A DNA stretch of 64,000 bases from the NCBI RefSeq assembly GCF_963921235.1, contig NW_026948112.1, positions 1-64,000 on the forward strand, read 5' to 3'. How positions within the stretch are numbered: the stretch's first letter is position 1; each line of letters starts with the position of its first letter. The stretch is from Mobula hypostoma (taxonomy: Eukaryota). Under the pieces are notes generated by a model. It was not told the origin of the DNA, made no database searches, and worked only from the letters and a program-made list of their open reading frames with translations. The position numbers and the translations under genes were made by a program. Positions 61,244 through 64,000 of this stretch are shown here, in pieces.

Positions 61244-64000
61244 CATAGAAAAAAAAACATAGAAACTACAGCACAGAAACGGGCCTTTTGGCCCTTCTTG
61301 GCTGTGCCGAACCATTTTCTGCCTAGTCCCACTGACCTGCACACGGACCATATCCCTCCATAAACCTCCCATCCATGTATCTGTCCAATTTATTCTTAAA
61401 TGTTAAAAAAGAACCCGCATTTACCACCTCGTCTGGCAGCTCATTCCATACTCCCACCACTCTCTGTGTGAAGAAGCCCCCCCCCCCCAATGTTCCCGTT
61501 AAACTTTTCCCCCCTCACCCTTAACCCATGCCCTCTGGTTTTTTTCTCCCCTTGCCTCAGTGGAAAAAGCCTGCTTGCATTCACTTTATCTATACCCACC
61601 ATAATTTTATATACCTCTATCAAATCTCCCCTCATTCTTCTACGTTCCAGGGAATAAAGTCCTAACCTATTCAACCTTTCTCTGTAACTGAGTTTCTCAA
61701 GTCCCGGCAACATCCTTGTAAACATTCTCTGTACTCTTTCAACCTTATTCATATCCTTCCTGTAATTTGGTGACCAAAACTGAACACAATACTCCAGATT
61801 CGGCCTCACCAATGCCTTATACTACCTCATCATAACATTCCAGCTCTTATACTCAATAATTTGATTAATAAAGGCCAATGTACCAAAAGCTCTCTTTACG
61901 ACCCTATCTACCTGTGATGCCAATTTTAGGGAATTTTGTATCTGTATTCCCAGATCCATCTGTTCTACTGCACTCCTCAGTGCCTTACCATTATCCCTGT
62001 ACGTTCTACCTTGGTTTGTCCTTCCAACGTGCAATACCTCACACTTGTCTGTATTAAACTCCATCTGCCATTTTCAGCCCATTTTTCCAGCTGGTCCAAA
62101 TCCCTCTGCAGGCTCTGAAAACCTTCCTCATTGTCTACTACACCTCCAATCTTTGTATCATCAGCAAATTTGCTGATCCAATTTACCACATTATTATCCA
62201 GATCATTGATATAGATGACAAATAACAATGAACCCAGCACTGATCCCTGTGGCACACCACTAGTCACAGGCCTCCACTCAGAGAAGCAATTCTCTACTAC
62301 CACTCTTTGGCTTCTACCATTGAGCCAATGTCTAATCCAATTTACCACCTCTCCATGTATACCTAGCGACTGAATTTTCCTAAATAACCTCCCATGCGGG
62401 ACCTTGTCAAAGGCCTTACTGAAGTCCATGTTGACAATATTCACTGCCTTCCCTTCAACCACTTTCCTGGTAACCTCCTCGAAAAACTCCAATAGATTGG
62501 TCAAACATGACCTACCACGCACAAAGCCATGTTGACTCTCCCTAATAAGTCCCTGTCTATCCAAATGCTTGTCGATTCTGTCTCTTAGTACTCCCTCCAA
62601 TAACTGACCTACTACCGACGTTAAACTTACCGACCTATAATATCCCGGATTACTTTTCGATCCTTTTTTAAACAACGGAACAACACGAGCCACTCTCCAA
62701 TCCTCCAGCACCTCACCTGTAGACAGCGACATTTTAAATATTTCTGCCAGGGCCCCTGCAATTGCAACACTAGTCTCCTTCAAGGTCCGAGGGAACACCT
62801 TGTCAGGTCCCGGGGATTTATCCACTTTAATTTTCCTCAAGACAGCAAGCACCTCCTCCTTTTCAATCTGTACAGTTTCCATGATCTCACTACTTGTTTC
62901 CCTTAATTCCATAGACTTCATGCCAGTTTCCTTAGTAAATACAGACGCAAAAAAACCCTATTTAAGATCTCCCCCTTTTGCTTTGGTTCCGCACATAGCA
63001 GACCACTCTGATCTTCAAGAGGACCAATTTTATCCCTTACGATCCTTTTGCTCTTAATATATCCGTAAAACCTCTTTGGATTATCCTTCACTTTGACTGC
63101 CAAGGCAACCTCATGTCTTCTCTTAGTCCTCCTGATTTCTTTCTTCAGTATTTTCTTGCACTTCTTATACTCCTCAAGCACCTTATTTACTCCCTGTTTC
63201 CTATACATGTCATACAACTCGCTCTTCTTCTTTATCGGAGTTGCAATATCCCTTGAGAACGAAAGTTCTGTATTCCTATTCACTTTGCCTTTACTCCTGA
63301 CAGGAACATACAAACTGTGCACTCTCAAAATGTCTCCTTTGAAGGCTTCCCACCTACCGATCACACCTTTACCAGAGAACAACCTGTCCCAATCCACGCT
63401 TTTTAGATTCTTTCTCATTTCTTCAAATTTGGCCTTCTTCCATTTCAGAACCTCAACCCTAGGACCCGGTCTATCCTTGTCCATGATCAAGTTGAAACTA
63501 ATGGTGTTATGATCACTGGAACCAAAGTGCGCCCCCACACTGACTTCCATCACTTGTCCTAACTGGTTTCTTAACAGGAGATCCAATATTGCATCCCCTC
63601 CAGTTGGTCCCTCTATATATTGATTTAGAAAACTTTCCTGAACACAGTTTACAAACTCTAATCCATCTGGACCCCTAACAGTATGGGAGTCCCAATCAAT
63701 ATATGGAAAATTAAAATCCCCTACCACCACAACTTTATGTTTCCTGCAGTTGCCCGCCATCTCTCTGCAGATTTGCTCTTCCAATTCTCGTTGACTATTG
63801 GGTGATCTGTAATACAATCCCACTAATGTGGCCATACATTTCCTGTTTCTCAGCTCCACCCATAAGGACTCAGTAGACAAGCCCTCTAATCTGTCCTGCC
63901 TGAGCACTGCTGTAATATTTTCCTTAACAAGCAATGCTGCTCCCCCACTTTTCATTCCCCTGCCTCGATCACATCTGAAACATCAGAATCCTGGGATATT
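61244..64000 (-). mobile_element. CR1 family-D ORF2 and 3' UTR, continues beyond the window
   Basis: ORFs 61441-61812, 61822-62064, 61977-62921 and 62918-63955; tail catagaaactacagc on plus. Confidence 0.94.

Noticed and set aside
1..64000. Prokaryotic RT systems (retron, DGR, group II intron) or a cellular esterase gene
   Set aside because: All RTs are CR1, L1, Rex1 or Gypsy type, the esterase ORFs are CR1 ORF1, and a spliceosomal intron is present.

Overview
Eukaryotic, not prokaryotic, DNA. The repeat families and the GPCR type point to a cartilaginous fish, probably a ray or skate (inference). By eye about four-fifths of the window is transposable element. There are roughly 20 CR1-clade LINE copies or fragments from several subfamilies (labelled A-F here for convenience), on both strands and nested up to three deep. 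One decayed full-length Ty3/Gypsy LTR retrotransposon (2647-17128, minus) has the Gmr1-type integrase-before-RT order, a tRNA-Pro PBS and a 4-bp TSD; a solo LTR of the same family lies at 54777-55768. A Penelope-like insertion forms a 268-bp inverted repeat carrying two minimal hammerhead ribozymes. There are also L1, Rex1/Babar and RTE relics and a 600-bp non-autonomous retroelement. The only host-gene material is a two-exon GPR139/GPR142-like class-A GPCR pseudogene (22656-24380, minus) and a paralogous exon-2 stump (33806-33938, plus). The most striking unexplained signal is at the CR1 ORF1/ORF2 junctions. Five of six junctions end ORF1 with an in-phase U_UUA_AAC slippery heptamer plus stop (the sixth is decayed). 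In the three cleanest copies ORF2 opens in the -1 frame, and in one family it has no AUG before the endonuclease domain. This suggests programmed -1 frameshifting to an ORF1-ORF2 fusion. No intact host gene, rRNA, tRNA gene or CRISPR array is supported. Boundaries were read by eye; those of old relics are approximate.
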